A stretch of DNA of 64,000 nt from Mesorhizobium sp. (GTDB lineage: Bacteria; Pseudomonadota; Alphaproteobacteria; Rhizobiales; Rhizobiaceae), in the NCBI GenBank assembly GCA_046292285.1, contig JBKBRJ010000005.1, positions 6,537 through 70,536 of the forward strand, in the 5' to 3' direction. Positions 56,640 to 64,000 of the stretch are shown here, piece by piece. Made by a program: the position numbers and the translations under genes. The notes beneath the pieces are model-generated. The model did no database searches. It was not told the DNA's origin and saw nothing but the letters and a program-made list of their open reading frames with translations. Positions within the stretch are counted from its first letter, which is position 1. Each line of letters begins with the position of its first letter.

Positions 56640-58079
56640 ATGGCATTGGCGGATCGCGTGGAGACGGCAATCGCGGGCCGCAGGATGCGCCGGCGCGTCA
56701 ACTTCCCGAAGCTGCTGGACGAGACTTTCCGGGGGCACGAGCGAGAGGGCCGCAAGCTGCAGTTCCGCGGCCGCACGATGTCGCTGCTCGTCGCCGCCCT
56801 CCTCGCCCACTTCATCGTCCCCTACCCGGAGGCATTCTTCTACCAGGGCGTCATGCTGCTCTTCGTCCTGACGGGCTTCATCCCGACCTGGTTCGATTCA
56901 CGCGGATGGCTGCGGAACTGGCATCCCTATCTCTTCGTCGCGATCGATTTCGCCGCGCTGACCTTCTTCATCGTTGCGCCCAATCCTCTCGCGCCCGCCG
57001 ATCTGCCGCCGCAGATCATGCTGCATTTCGACACGTCGCTCTATCTGTTCCTGCTCCTGTCGAGCCTGGCCTTCGCCGACAGCCCGCGTCTCGTTGTCTG
57101 GGGCGGCTTCGTGGGCGCCGCGAGCTGGATGCTCGGCATCGCCTGGCTGGCGTCGCTCCCGGACAGCATCGTCATCTGGCCGGGCTACGGCGTCGTCGAC
57201 GCCAACGACGTCCAGACGCGGCTTCGCATCATCGGTACGCCGACCACGGTCGACCTCAGCGTACAGGTTCAGACAGTCGTGATCTTCTTCATGGTCTCGG
57301 TGGTGCTGTCGGCAGGCGTCGCCCGCTCGCGGCGTCTCGTCTGGCGCTATGCCGTCATCGAGCGCCAGCGGCTCAATCTCGCACGCTACTTCCCGCCCGC
57401 GACCGTGGACCAGTTGTCGCGCGAGGACGAACCCTTGCAGCACATCCGGGAAGTCAAGGCGGCGATCCTGTTTGCCGATCTCGTCGGCTTCACGCGGTGG
57501 TCGGAGCGGCATACGCCGGCCCAGACCATCGCCATGCTCCGTGAGGTCCACGGCCTCCTGGAGGAGGCGGTGTTCCGCCATGGCGGGACGCTGGACAAGT
57601 TCATCGGCGACGGCGTGATGGCGACGTTCGGGACGCCCGAGCCGTTGTTGCGCGACGCCATCAATGCCGTCGAGTGCGTGAAGGCGATCCTCGACGATTT
57701 CGCCCAATTGAACGCGCGCCGCATCAATCGCGGCGAGGAGTCCATCCAGATCGCCATCGGCGCCCACTACGGCTCCGTCGTCGTCGGCAACATCGGCACC
57801 GAGCGGCGACTGGAACTCGGCGTCATCGGCGACACCGTGAACGTCGCGAGCCGTCTGGAGGAACTGACGCGGCTGATCGGGCGCGCAGCGGTGATCAGCG
57901 ACGACCTTGTCGCCGACATGCGGCGCGAGGACGCGGAGGCCGCCGAACAACTGCTTGCCGATTTCGAAAAGCTCGGCGAAAACCAGCTCGACGGCAGGCG
58001 CGGAGACGTCGTCGTCTGGGCCAGCGCCCAGACACTCGTCACCTCCGAGAGCCGCGCGCGCCGGGTTCGCTCGGCGTAG
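56640..58079 (+). CDS. Membrane-bound class III adenylate/guanylate cyclase
   Basis: About 6 TM helices, followed by ILFADLVGFTRW...KFIGDGVMATFG...GDTVNVASRLE. Confidence 0.85.
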   Translation: MALADRVETAIAGRRMRRRVNFPKLLDETFRGHEREGRKLQFRGRTMSLLVAALLAHFIVPYPEAFFYQGVMLLFVLTGFIPTWFDSRGWLRNWHPYLFVAIDFAALTFFIVAPNPLAPADLPPQIMLHFDTSLYLFLLLSSLAFADSPRLVVWGGFVGAASWMLGIAWLASLPDSIVIWPGYGVVDANDVQTRLRIIGTPTTVDLSVQVQTVVIFFMVSVVLSAGVARSRRLVWRYAVIERQRLNLARYFPPATVDQLSREDEPLQHIREVKAAILFADLVGFTRWSERHTPAQTIAMLREVHGLLEEAVFRHGGTLDKFIGDGVMATFGTPEPLLRDAINAVECVKAILDDFAQLNARRINRGEESIQIAIGAHYGSVVVGNIGTERRLELGVIGDTVNVASRLEELTRLIGRAAVISDDLVADMRREDAEAAEQLLADFEKLGENQLDGRRGDVVVWASAQTLVTSESRARRVRSA

Positions 58080-58091
58080 GAATGCGCCGGG

Positions 58092-58853
58092 TTACGAGCG
58101 TAGCGCCCTGCGGATGGCGCGGATGACCGCTTCCCTGGCTTCCTCCAGGAGCATGTGCCCCTTCCCCGGCAGCGTCTCGAGCGAAATGTTCGCCGGCAGG
58201 TCCGTCGTCTGCGCATAGGGCAGGACGGTGTCCTCGGTGCCCCAGAGGACCCTTGCCGGCATGGCGAGCGTCGCGAGCGTTTCCCTGGGTATCTCGCCCT
58301 GCCGGTCGCCCTTGGTGATGAGCGCGGCGATCTCGATCAGCTTCTCGCGCTGGCCCGCCACCGCGCGGGTCGCCATCAGGCCGGCGACGTATTTCGTCGG
58401 CATCGGGAAGCCCGGCGCCGACATCTCGTCCATGCAGGCGCGCAGATCGTCCGCGCTCGCGGCCGCGGCATAGCGCCTGAGCAGGTCGAAGTTGATCTCG
58501 GGGCCGAAACCGCCCGGCGCCAGAAGCGTGAGGGACGCGACCGTCTCAGGCGCCCTCAGGGCCGAAAGGACGGCGATCGCGCCGCCCATCGAGTGACCGA
58601 CGAAATGGGTCCGCGACATGCCGCGGGCCGCGAGATCGGCGAGGATCGCCTTGGCGGCGACGTGCGCCGGTCCCGCGCCGGGGTAGGCCAGCGACCGTCC
58701 GTGACCCGGCAGGTCATAGGCAAGCACCCGGGCGCCGGCGGCGACCGCCGGCTGGATGTCGTACCAGACGTCGTGATGACCGCCGAAACCGTGCAGGAGA
58801 ACGACTGTCCGTGGTCCCTTTCCCTGCACGCGGGCATAGACGTCACCGGTCAT
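58092..58853 (-). CDS. Alpha/beta-fold hydrolase
   Basis: VVLLHGFGG, nucleophile elbow GHSMGG and a C-terminal GKGHML. Start re-set to MTGDVY. Confidence 0.8.
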   Translation of the reverse strand: MTGDVYARVQGKGPRTVVLLHGFGGHHDVWYDIQPAVAAGARVLAYDLPGHGRSLAYPGAGPAHVAAKAILADLAARGMSRTHFVGHSMGGAIAVLSALRAPETVASLTLLAPGGFGPEINFDLLRRYAAAASADDLRACMDEMSAPGFPMPTKYVAGLMATRAVAGQREKLIEIAALITKGDRQGEIPRETLATLAMPARVLWGTEDTVLPYAQTTDLPANISLETLPGKGHMLLEEAREAVIRAIRRALRS

Positions 58854-58888
58854 CGTTCCCCTCCCCGCGCTCCTGCATGGGACCGCGG

Positions 58889-60628
58889 TCACCGCGCTCC
58901 AAGAATCCGGTTGGCCGCCGAGACCACGGCCTCGAGCGAGGCGGCCACGATGTTGGTGTTGATGCCGGCGCCGAACAGGCGTCCGCCCGGATGCTCCATC
59001 TCCATGTAGCTGATGGCGGCCGCGTTGGAGCCGCTCTGCATGGAGTGCTCGGAATAATCGAGAACCGTCATCGGCACTCCGATGTGGCGCGAAAGCGCGT
59101 CGACGAAACCGTCGATCGGTCCCGTGCCGGACCCGGTGATGGTCACCTCCGCCCCGCCGTCCATGATCGTCGCCTCGACGATACGCCGGCCCTTGGCGGC
59201 CGTATCGGGATAGGTGTGATGATCGACGAACTTCAGCCGGGCGCCCGGCTGGTCGACGTAGACCTCGAGGAAGCGGTCGTGGATGCGCTTCGACGACAGT
59301 TCCCTGCCCTCGGCATCGGTGATCGCCTGGATGTCGCGGGAGAACTCCACCTGCAGGTTTCGCGGCAGGTTCAATCCGTAGTCGGCCTGCATGACGTAGG
59401 CGATGCCGCCCTTGCCCGACTGCGAGTTGATGCGGATGATCGCCTCGTAGGTTCGGCCGACGTCCTGCGGGTCGATCGGCAGATAGGGAACCTCCCACAG
59501 CTCCGAATTGGCCTTCGCCTTCGCCTTCATGCCCTTGTTGATGGCGTCCTGGTGCGAGCCGGAAAAGGCCGTGTAGACCAGTTCGCCGACATAGGGGTGG
59601 CGCTCCGGCACCGGCATCTGGTTCGAATACTCGAACACCTCCTTGATGCGGTTGATGTCGGTGCAGTCCAGTTCAGGGTCGACGCCCTGCGTGTACATGT
59701 TGAGCGCCAGCGTCACGACGTCGACGTTGCCGGTGCGCTCGCCATTGCCGAAGAGCGTGCCTTCCACGCGGTCCGCACCGGCCATCAGGCCGAGTTCGGT
59801 GGCCGCGATGCCGGTGCCGCGATCGTTGTGCGGATGCAGCGAGATGATCAGGCTGTCGCGGTTGTCGAGGTTGCGGCACATCCACTCGATCTCGTCGGCA
59901 TAGATGTTGGGCGTCGACATCTCCACCGTCGCCGGCAGGTTCAGGATCAGCCGGTGCTCAGGGGTCGGCTTCACGATCTCGGCGACCGCGTTACAGATCT
60001 CCAGCGCGACCTCCAGCTCCGTACCGGTGAAGCTCTCGGGCGAATACTCGAAACGGTAGCCGCCGCCGCCGGCCTTCGCCGCCATGTCGGTGATCATCTT
60101 GGCGGCGTCGGTGGCGATCTGCTTGATGCCGCGCACGTCCTTCTCGAACACCACGCGCCGCTGCAACTCGCTGGTCGAGTTGTAGAAATGCACGATCGGG
60201 GTCTTGGCGCCCTGCAGGGCCTCGAAGGTGCGGGTGATCAGCTCCGGCCGGCACTGGACCAGCACCTGCAGGTCGACGTCGTCCGGGACGTTGCCCTCCT
60301 CGATGCACCAGCGCGCGAAATCGAAATCGGTCTGCGAGGCCGACGGAAACCCGATCTCGATCTCCTTGAAACCCATGTCGATCAGCAGCGCGAACATCCG
60401 CGCCTTGCGATCGTGCCCCATCGGATTGACCAGCGCCTGGTTGCCGTCGCGCAGGTCGACAGAACACCAGATCGGCGCCTTTTCGATGCGCTTGCCCGGC
60501 CAGGTGCGGTCCGGCAGGTTGATGGCGGGATAGGGATGGTACTTGCGCGGCGCGTCGGGCATGCCGCCCCCCGGACGGCGGGCGGCCTGCGTCGCAACCG
60601 AAGGGATAAAGGTTTCGGGCTTGTTCAT
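58889..60628 (-). CDS. leuA: 2-isopropylmalate synthase (long LeuA form)
   Basis: WCSVDLRDGNQ, HPHNDRGTG(I)A, GTLFGNGERTGN motifs, plus a C-terminal regulatory domain. Confidence 0.93.
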   Translation of the reverse strand: MNKPETFIPSVATQAARRPGGGMPDAPRKYHPYPAINLPDRTWPGKRIEKAPIWCSVDLRDGNQALVNPMGHDRKARMFALLIDMGFKEIEIGFPSASQTDFDFARWCIEEGNVPDDVDLQVLVQCRPELITRTFEALQGAKTPIVHFYNSTSELQRRVVFEKDVRGIKQIATDAAKMITDMAAKAGGGGYRFEYSPESFTGTELEVALEICNAVAEIVKPTPEHRLILNLPATVEMSTPNIYADEIEWMCRNLDNRDSLIISLHPHNDRGTGIAATELGLMAGADRVEGTLFGNGERTGNVDVVTLALNMYTQGVDPELDCTDINRIKEVFEYSNQMPVPERHPYVGELVYTAFSGSHQDAINKGMKAKAKANSELWEVPYLPIDPQDVGRTYEAIIRINSQSGKGGIAYVMQADYGLNLPRNLQVEFSRDIQAITDAEGRELSSKRIHDRFLEVYVDQPGARLKFVDHHTYPDTAAKGRRIVEATIMDGGAEVTITGSGTGPIDGFVDALSRHIGVPMTVLDYSEHSMQSGSNAAAISYMEMEHPGGRLFGAGINTNIVAASLEAVVSAANRILGAR

Positions 60629-60748
60629 CGTCGTTGCTCCCGCGCCTGCCGGACCGTCAGGCCGGGGCGCTCATATCACGGATTGGCTGAATTGCGAGTG
60701 TCGGGAGCACGGCGCGTCGGCGTCATTTCGATCGCCGGGCGCTCCCTG
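60629..60748 (-). promoter_or_regulatory. Candidate leuA leader with alternative SD / anti-SD pairings
   Basis: On the minus strand GGGAGC occurs at 60746..60741 (2 nt after the leader-peptide stop) and again at 60641..60636 (the leuA SD, 7 nt before the ATG). The single complementary GCUCCC lies between them at 60708..60703. About 8 bp can form with either copy. Confidence 0.4.
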
Positions 60749-60871
60749 TCAGCGGACCCGGCGATCGCCGATAAGACCGAGAAGAAGCAGCGTCGAGGAC
60801 AGCGCGCGCAGCGTCTCGCCGGTGAAGAACCGGGCGGACGATGCTTTGGAGGTGGCGCGCAAGGACGACAT
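60749..60871 (-). CDS. Candidate leucine-rich leader peptide of leuA (40 codons)
   Basis: MSSLRATSKASSARFFTGETLRALSSTLLLLGLIGDRRVR. The run CTG CTT CTT CTC GGT CTT includes three CTT codons. The ATG lies 8 nt after a consensus -10 element, so the transcript would be near-leaderless. Confidence 0.45.
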   Translation of the reverse strand: MSSLRATSKASSARFFTGETLRALSSTLLLLGLIGDRRVR

Positions 60872-60879
60872 GCCGCAGC

Positions 60880-60908
60880 GTATAGCTGCGGGCGCCCGCG
60901 ATGGCAAG
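60880..60908 (-). promoter_or_regulatory. Consensus-like sigma-70 promoter of the leuA leader
   Basis: The minus strand reads CTTGCC-N17-CTATAC, immediately downstream of the vapC stop. Confidence 0.5.
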
Positions 60909-60939
60909 GGGGCGACGCCAGCGAACGCAGGCGCGCGCT

Positions 60940-61335
60940 TCAGACGCCGACCATCTCCAGGCCAAGATGCCGCGCCATCGGATCGAAGTCCCGATCCTGA
61001 TGAAGAAGTGCATGGCCGCGCTCGATACAGAATGTGCCAACGATGAGATCCACGGTCTTTCGCGTGGCAACACCCAGACTTCGCAGCGTCCGATCGTTTC
61101 TTGCGGCGGTGACGGCGAGTTCGATGTCCATCATCGGCGCCAGCGGGAACACCCGCAGATGGTCTTCAATGACCGCCGCGTGCGCCTCGTCCCGTGCGCC
61201 CTGCAGCAGTTCGAGCAGGATAAGATCTCCGACCAGAACTGTCCCGGAACCCGCAAGCCCCTTCAACCTCCGGACGGCCGCCGTGTCCTCGTTTCGGAAG
61301 AGACCGATCCAGACCGATGAATCGACGACGATCAT
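60940..61335 (-). CDS. vapC: VapC PIN-domain toxin
   Basis: MIVVDSSVWIGLF...LILLELLQG...VDLIVGTFCI...LHQDRDF. Confidence 0.85.
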   Translation of the reverse strand: MIVVDSSVWIGLFRNEDTAAVRRLKGLAGSGTVLVGDLILLELLQGARDEAHAAVIEDHLRVFPLAPMMDIELAVTAARNDRTLRSLGVATRKTVDLIVGTFCIERGHALLHQDRDFDPMARHLGLEMVGV

Positions 61336-61544
61336 CGATGCCAGTCAACCGGGCCGTTTTCGCGCATTTTCATCAGATCGCCCTCCCATCCGATACCTTC
61401 GAGCGAAGCTATCGCCTGAATCTGTCGGTGCCGCTCCACAAGCGCCTTCAAGCCCGCCTCCACCGCGGCTTTCTTGGTGGGCAGTCCCGACGCGGCCATG
61501 GCTTCGGCCATGAGCCGGTCGTCGATTTCAATGTTCGTTCGCAT
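61332..61544 (-). CDS. vapB: VapB-type antitoxin
   Basis: MRTNIEIDDRLMAEAMAASGLPTKKAAVEAGLKALV. 4-nt overlap with vapC. Confidence 0.8.
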   Translation of the reverse strand: MRTNIEIDDRLMAEAMAASGLPTKKAAVEAGLKALVERHRQIQAIASLEGIGWEGDLMKMRENGPVDWHR

Positions 61545-61773
61545 GGCGGGTACCGTTATGTGTATGCTTCGAAGTTTTGATACACCTAATCCTATCGACT
61601 AACAACGCTGAGGCCAGCCTGATCGGACATTGCTCCAACCCGATGTGACCGATCTTCAAGCGATTGCCCCGGCATTCCCTTGAAGCCCCGGAATTGCCCG
61701 GGTCGACCCAGCCGCATCCTTGACTTGGACCATCGACAGGACCAGATCTAACCTATCGAGGGAGCCTGGTACG

Positions 61774-62031
61774 ATGAAGGTTTCAGTCACCGACGCGAAA
61801 GCGCAACTCACCGACCTCGTCCGACGCGCGGAGGCAGGCGAGGAGGTGATCCTGACACGTCGCGGTCACCCCGCAGTCCGCCTCGTCAGTATCTCCGTGG
61901 TTCCAACCGCCACCGTTCGCCGCGCCCTCATGGAGAAAGTCAGGGCATCGGGCGCTGCCAGGGCCAACCGGGGACCGACCGCGCAAAGAAGCCAGGACTT
62001 CCTCTACGACGATGACGGATTGCCGGCGTGA
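61774..62031 (+). CDS. Phd/YefM-type antitoxin
   Basis: MKVSVTDAKAQLTDLVRRAEAGEEVILTRRGHPAVRLV. GAGGGAG SD upstream. 4-nt overlap with the next gene. Confidence 0.8.
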   Translation: MKVSVTDAKAQLTDLVRRAEAGEEVILTRRGHPAVRLVSISVVPTATVRRALMEKVRASGAARANRGPTAQRSQDFLYDDDGLPA

Positions 62032-62411
62032 TTGTCGTCGACACGTCCGCTCTCATGGCGATCCTGCTCGACGAACCGGAAGCGGAGGCCTGCATGGCGG
62101 CGATGGAAGCGGAGCGAGAGATCCTGATCTCCGCAGGCACCGTCGCCGAGGCGCTGATCGTCGCGAGGCGTCGTAACGTCGGCGAGGAAATGGCGGAACT
62201 CATCCATGGAATGGGATTCGACATCGTATCGGTTACGTCTCTCACGGCAGACAACATCGCCAATGCCTATGATCGCTGGGGAAAAGGCGTCCATCGCGCG
62301 GCACTGAATCTGGGCGATTGTTTCGCTTATGCGCTTGCGGTCGAACGCGGTTGCGCGCTGCTCTATGTCGGCGGCGACTTCGGGCGGACCGACATCGGCT
62401 CCGCACTCTAG
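62028..62411 (+). CDS. vapC: VapC PIN-domain toxin
   Basis: MIVVDTSALMAILLDEPEA...SAGTVAEALIV...LNLGDCFAYALA...LLYVGGDF. Confidence 0.85.
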   Translation: MIVVDTSALMAILLDEPEAEACMAAMEAEREILISAGTVAEALIVARRRNVGEEMAELIHGMGFDIVSVTSLTADNIANAYDRWGKGVHRAALNLGDCFAYALAVERGCALLYVGGDFGRTDIGSAL

Positions 62412-62504
62412 CGGACATGCATGAGAAGCGGCGCGACACAATCGCAACGCCCTTGCGCTCCGCAACATACCGGGTAGTATGTCGGACGTCAGGGAGGACA
62501 GGAC

Positions 62505-63302
62505 ATGGCGTTCGCTCGCGTCAACGGCGTGGTGTTGCACTATAAGGATCGAGGTGGCGCGGCGCGCCCCGCGCTCGTCTTCGCCAATTCGCTCGGCACC
62601 GATTTCCGCATCTGGGACGCGCTCGTGGAACTGCTCGGCGACGGCTTCCGCTTCGTCCGCTACGACAAGCGCGGCCACGGGCTCTCGGAAGCGACGCCTG
62701 CCCCCTATTCCATGGACGACCATGTCGGCGACCTTGAATCGCTTCTCGACCATCTCGGCGTAAAGTCCTGCGCCGTCATCGGTTTGTCGGTCGGCGGCGT
62801 CATCGCCCAGGGGCTTGCCGCCAGGCGTCCGGACCTCGTCAAGGCGATGGTCCTGATGGACACCGCCCACAAGATCGGCACCGCGGAGATGTGGAACCAG
62901 CGCATCGACGGCGTCACCAAAAACGGCATCGCCTCGCTGGCGGACGCGATCATGCAGCGCTGGTTCACGCCAGCCTACCGCTCTCCCGACAACCCCGATT
63001 TCGTCGGCTACACCGCGATGCTGACGCGCACGACGGTCGACGGCTATGCCGGCACCTGCGCGGCGCTGCGCGACACGGACTACACCGAGCAGACACGGGC
63101 GCTATCGCTGCCCGTGCTCGCCATCGTCGGCGACCAGGACGGCTCGACCCCGCCCGATCTCGTGCGCTCGACCGCGGATCTGATCCGCGGCGCCCAGTTC
63201 CGCATCATTGCCGATGCCGGACACCTGCCTTGCATCGAGCAGCCGCGCGCGGTCGCCAACCTCGTGTCAAACTTCCTCCGCGAGACGCGCGTCGCGACCT
63301 AG
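62505..63302 (+). CDS. Alpha/beta hydrolase, 3-oxoadipate enol-lactonase (PcaD)-like
   Basis: LVFANSLGTDFRIWD...RYDKRGHGLS...GLSVGG...GDQDGSTPP...AGHLPCIEQP. Confidence 0.75.
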   Translation: MAFARVNGVVLHYKDRGGAARPALVFANSLGTDFRIWDALVELLGDGFRFVRYDKRGHGLSEATPAPYSMDDHVGDLESLLDHLGVKSCAVIGLSVGGVIAQGLAARRPDLVKAMVLMDTAHKIGTAEMWNQRIDGVTKNGIASLADAIMQRWFTPAYRSPDNPDFVGYTAMLTRTTVDGYAGTCAALRDTDYTEQTRALSLPVLAIVGDQDGSTPPDLVRSTADLIRGAQFRIIADAGHLPCIEQPRAVANLVSNFLRETRVAT

Positions 63303-63413
63303 TCCGCGCCGTCTCGCGCATTCGGGCGACCGACGTGAAGACGGGGCGCCAGCGTTTCGGACGCCTCGTCCGTCTCCGATCCAGACCAAGACCGCCATTC
63401 CGGAGTATATTCG

Positions 63414-64000
63414 ATGTCCCAGTATGTGAGCGTCCGCCGCGAAGGCGACATTGCCGTCGTCACCCTCGACAACCCGCCCGTCAATTCGCTCTCCCACCAT
63501 CTGCGCGAACCGCTGGACGCCGCACTTCGCCAGTTGCGCGACGACTCTTCGGTGTCCGCCGTGGTCATCCACTGCGCCGGCCGCACCTTCATCGCCGGCG
63601 CCGACATCACCGAGTTCAACACCCCCAAGGCGACCGCCTCGCCCAACCTGCGCGAGCTGATCGTGACGCTGGAGACCTTCGCCAAGCCGACCGTGGCGGC
63701 GATCCACGGCACCGCCTTCGGCGGCGGCCTCGAACTCGCCATGGGCTGCCACTTCCGCGTCGCGGACGGTCGAGCCCAGTTCGGCCTGCCGGAGGTCAAG
63801 CTCGGCCTCCTGCCCGGCGCGGGCGGCACGGTCCGCCTGCCGCGCCTGATCGGCCCGGAGAAGGCGCTGCCGGCCATCGTCTCGGGCAACCCGATCGGCG
63901 CCAAGGCGGCGCTCGCCGATGGACTGGTCGATGCCGTCTACGAAGATGACCTGGTCGCGAACGCCGTTGCTTTCGCCCGCGAGGCGGCCGCTACTGGCAA
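63414..64000 (+). CDS. Enoyl-CoA hydratase domain, probably the N-terminus of a multifunctional 3-hydroxyacyl-CoA dehydrogenase; truncated by the right edge
   Basis: Manual translation gives MSQYVSVRREGDIAVVTLDNPPVNSL...AGADITEF...HGTAFGGGLELAMGCHFRVA...GLPEVKLGLLPGAGGTVRLPRLIG. Confidence 0.8.
   Translation, partial: MSQYVSVRREGDIAVVTLDNPPVNSLSHHLREPLDAALRQLRDDSSVSAVVIHCAGRTFIAGADITEFNTPKATASPNLRELIVTLETFAKPTVAAIHGTAFGGGLELAMGCHFRVADGRAQFGLPEVKLGLLPGAGGTVRLPRLIGPEKALPAIVSGNPIGAKAALADGLVDAVYEDDLVANAVAFAREAAATG

Noticed and set aside
56640-58079. The class III cyclase as part of a cyclic-nucleotide anti-phage system (Pycsar/CBASS-like).
   Set aside because: There is no adjacent effector with a cNMP-binding, TIR, patatin or pore-forming TM domain in an operon with it. 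The protein has the 6-TM plus cyclase architecture of the many housekeeping or signalling cyclases typical of rhizobia. Its neighbours are on the other strand.

Overview
This is a high-GC chromosomal segment. Its gene content and local syntenies fit an alphaproteobacterium of the Rhizobiales/Hyphomicrobiales type: separate petA-petB-petC, lgt-methyltransferase-pgeF, rplY-pth...ychF, DUF1285-NUDIX-cca next to a MoxR/DUF58/BatA-like operon, ExoD, and many GGDEF/cyclase genes. I support about 70 protein-coding genes, mostly housekeeping. I found no rRNA, tRNA, CRISPR array, transposase, integrase or phage gene. Notable content: (1) A complete NAGGN osmoprotectant operon (asnO-ngg-M42 peptidase), preceded by a perfect GGAAC-N16-CGTT general-stress (EcfG-type) promoter motif. 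(2) Six type II toxin-antitoxin loci (RES/Xre, RHH/PIN, MazF with an atypical partner, two VapBC, Phd/VapC). All sit in visibly less GC-rich pockets wedged into conserved housekeeping junctions. (3) A candidate leaderless Leu-rich leader peptide plus a Shine-Dalgarno (SD)/anti-SD switch upstream of leuA. (4) A 29-bp tandem repeat at the lgt/methyltransferase junction that creates a chain of ATGA-coupled 10-codon mini-ORFs. (5) An 18-codon upstream ORF (uORF) with a perfect SD, heading a roughly 390-nt structured leader of a heterodimeric ABC exporter operon. (6) A MarR/OmpR-type response regulator/histidine kinase unit that resembles petP-petR. (7) A chrA-rhodanese pair. (8) A possible cyclic-nucleotide neighbourhood of class III cyclase, CpdA-like phosphoesterase and NUDIX. 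I do not see a convincing new multi-gene system such as a defence island. The most novel-looking signals are small cis-regulatory or structural features, and they rest on reading the sequence by eye. Function calls come from recognising protein motifs, not from database searches. Start codons are often re-assigned inside the longest ORFs and remain uncertain.
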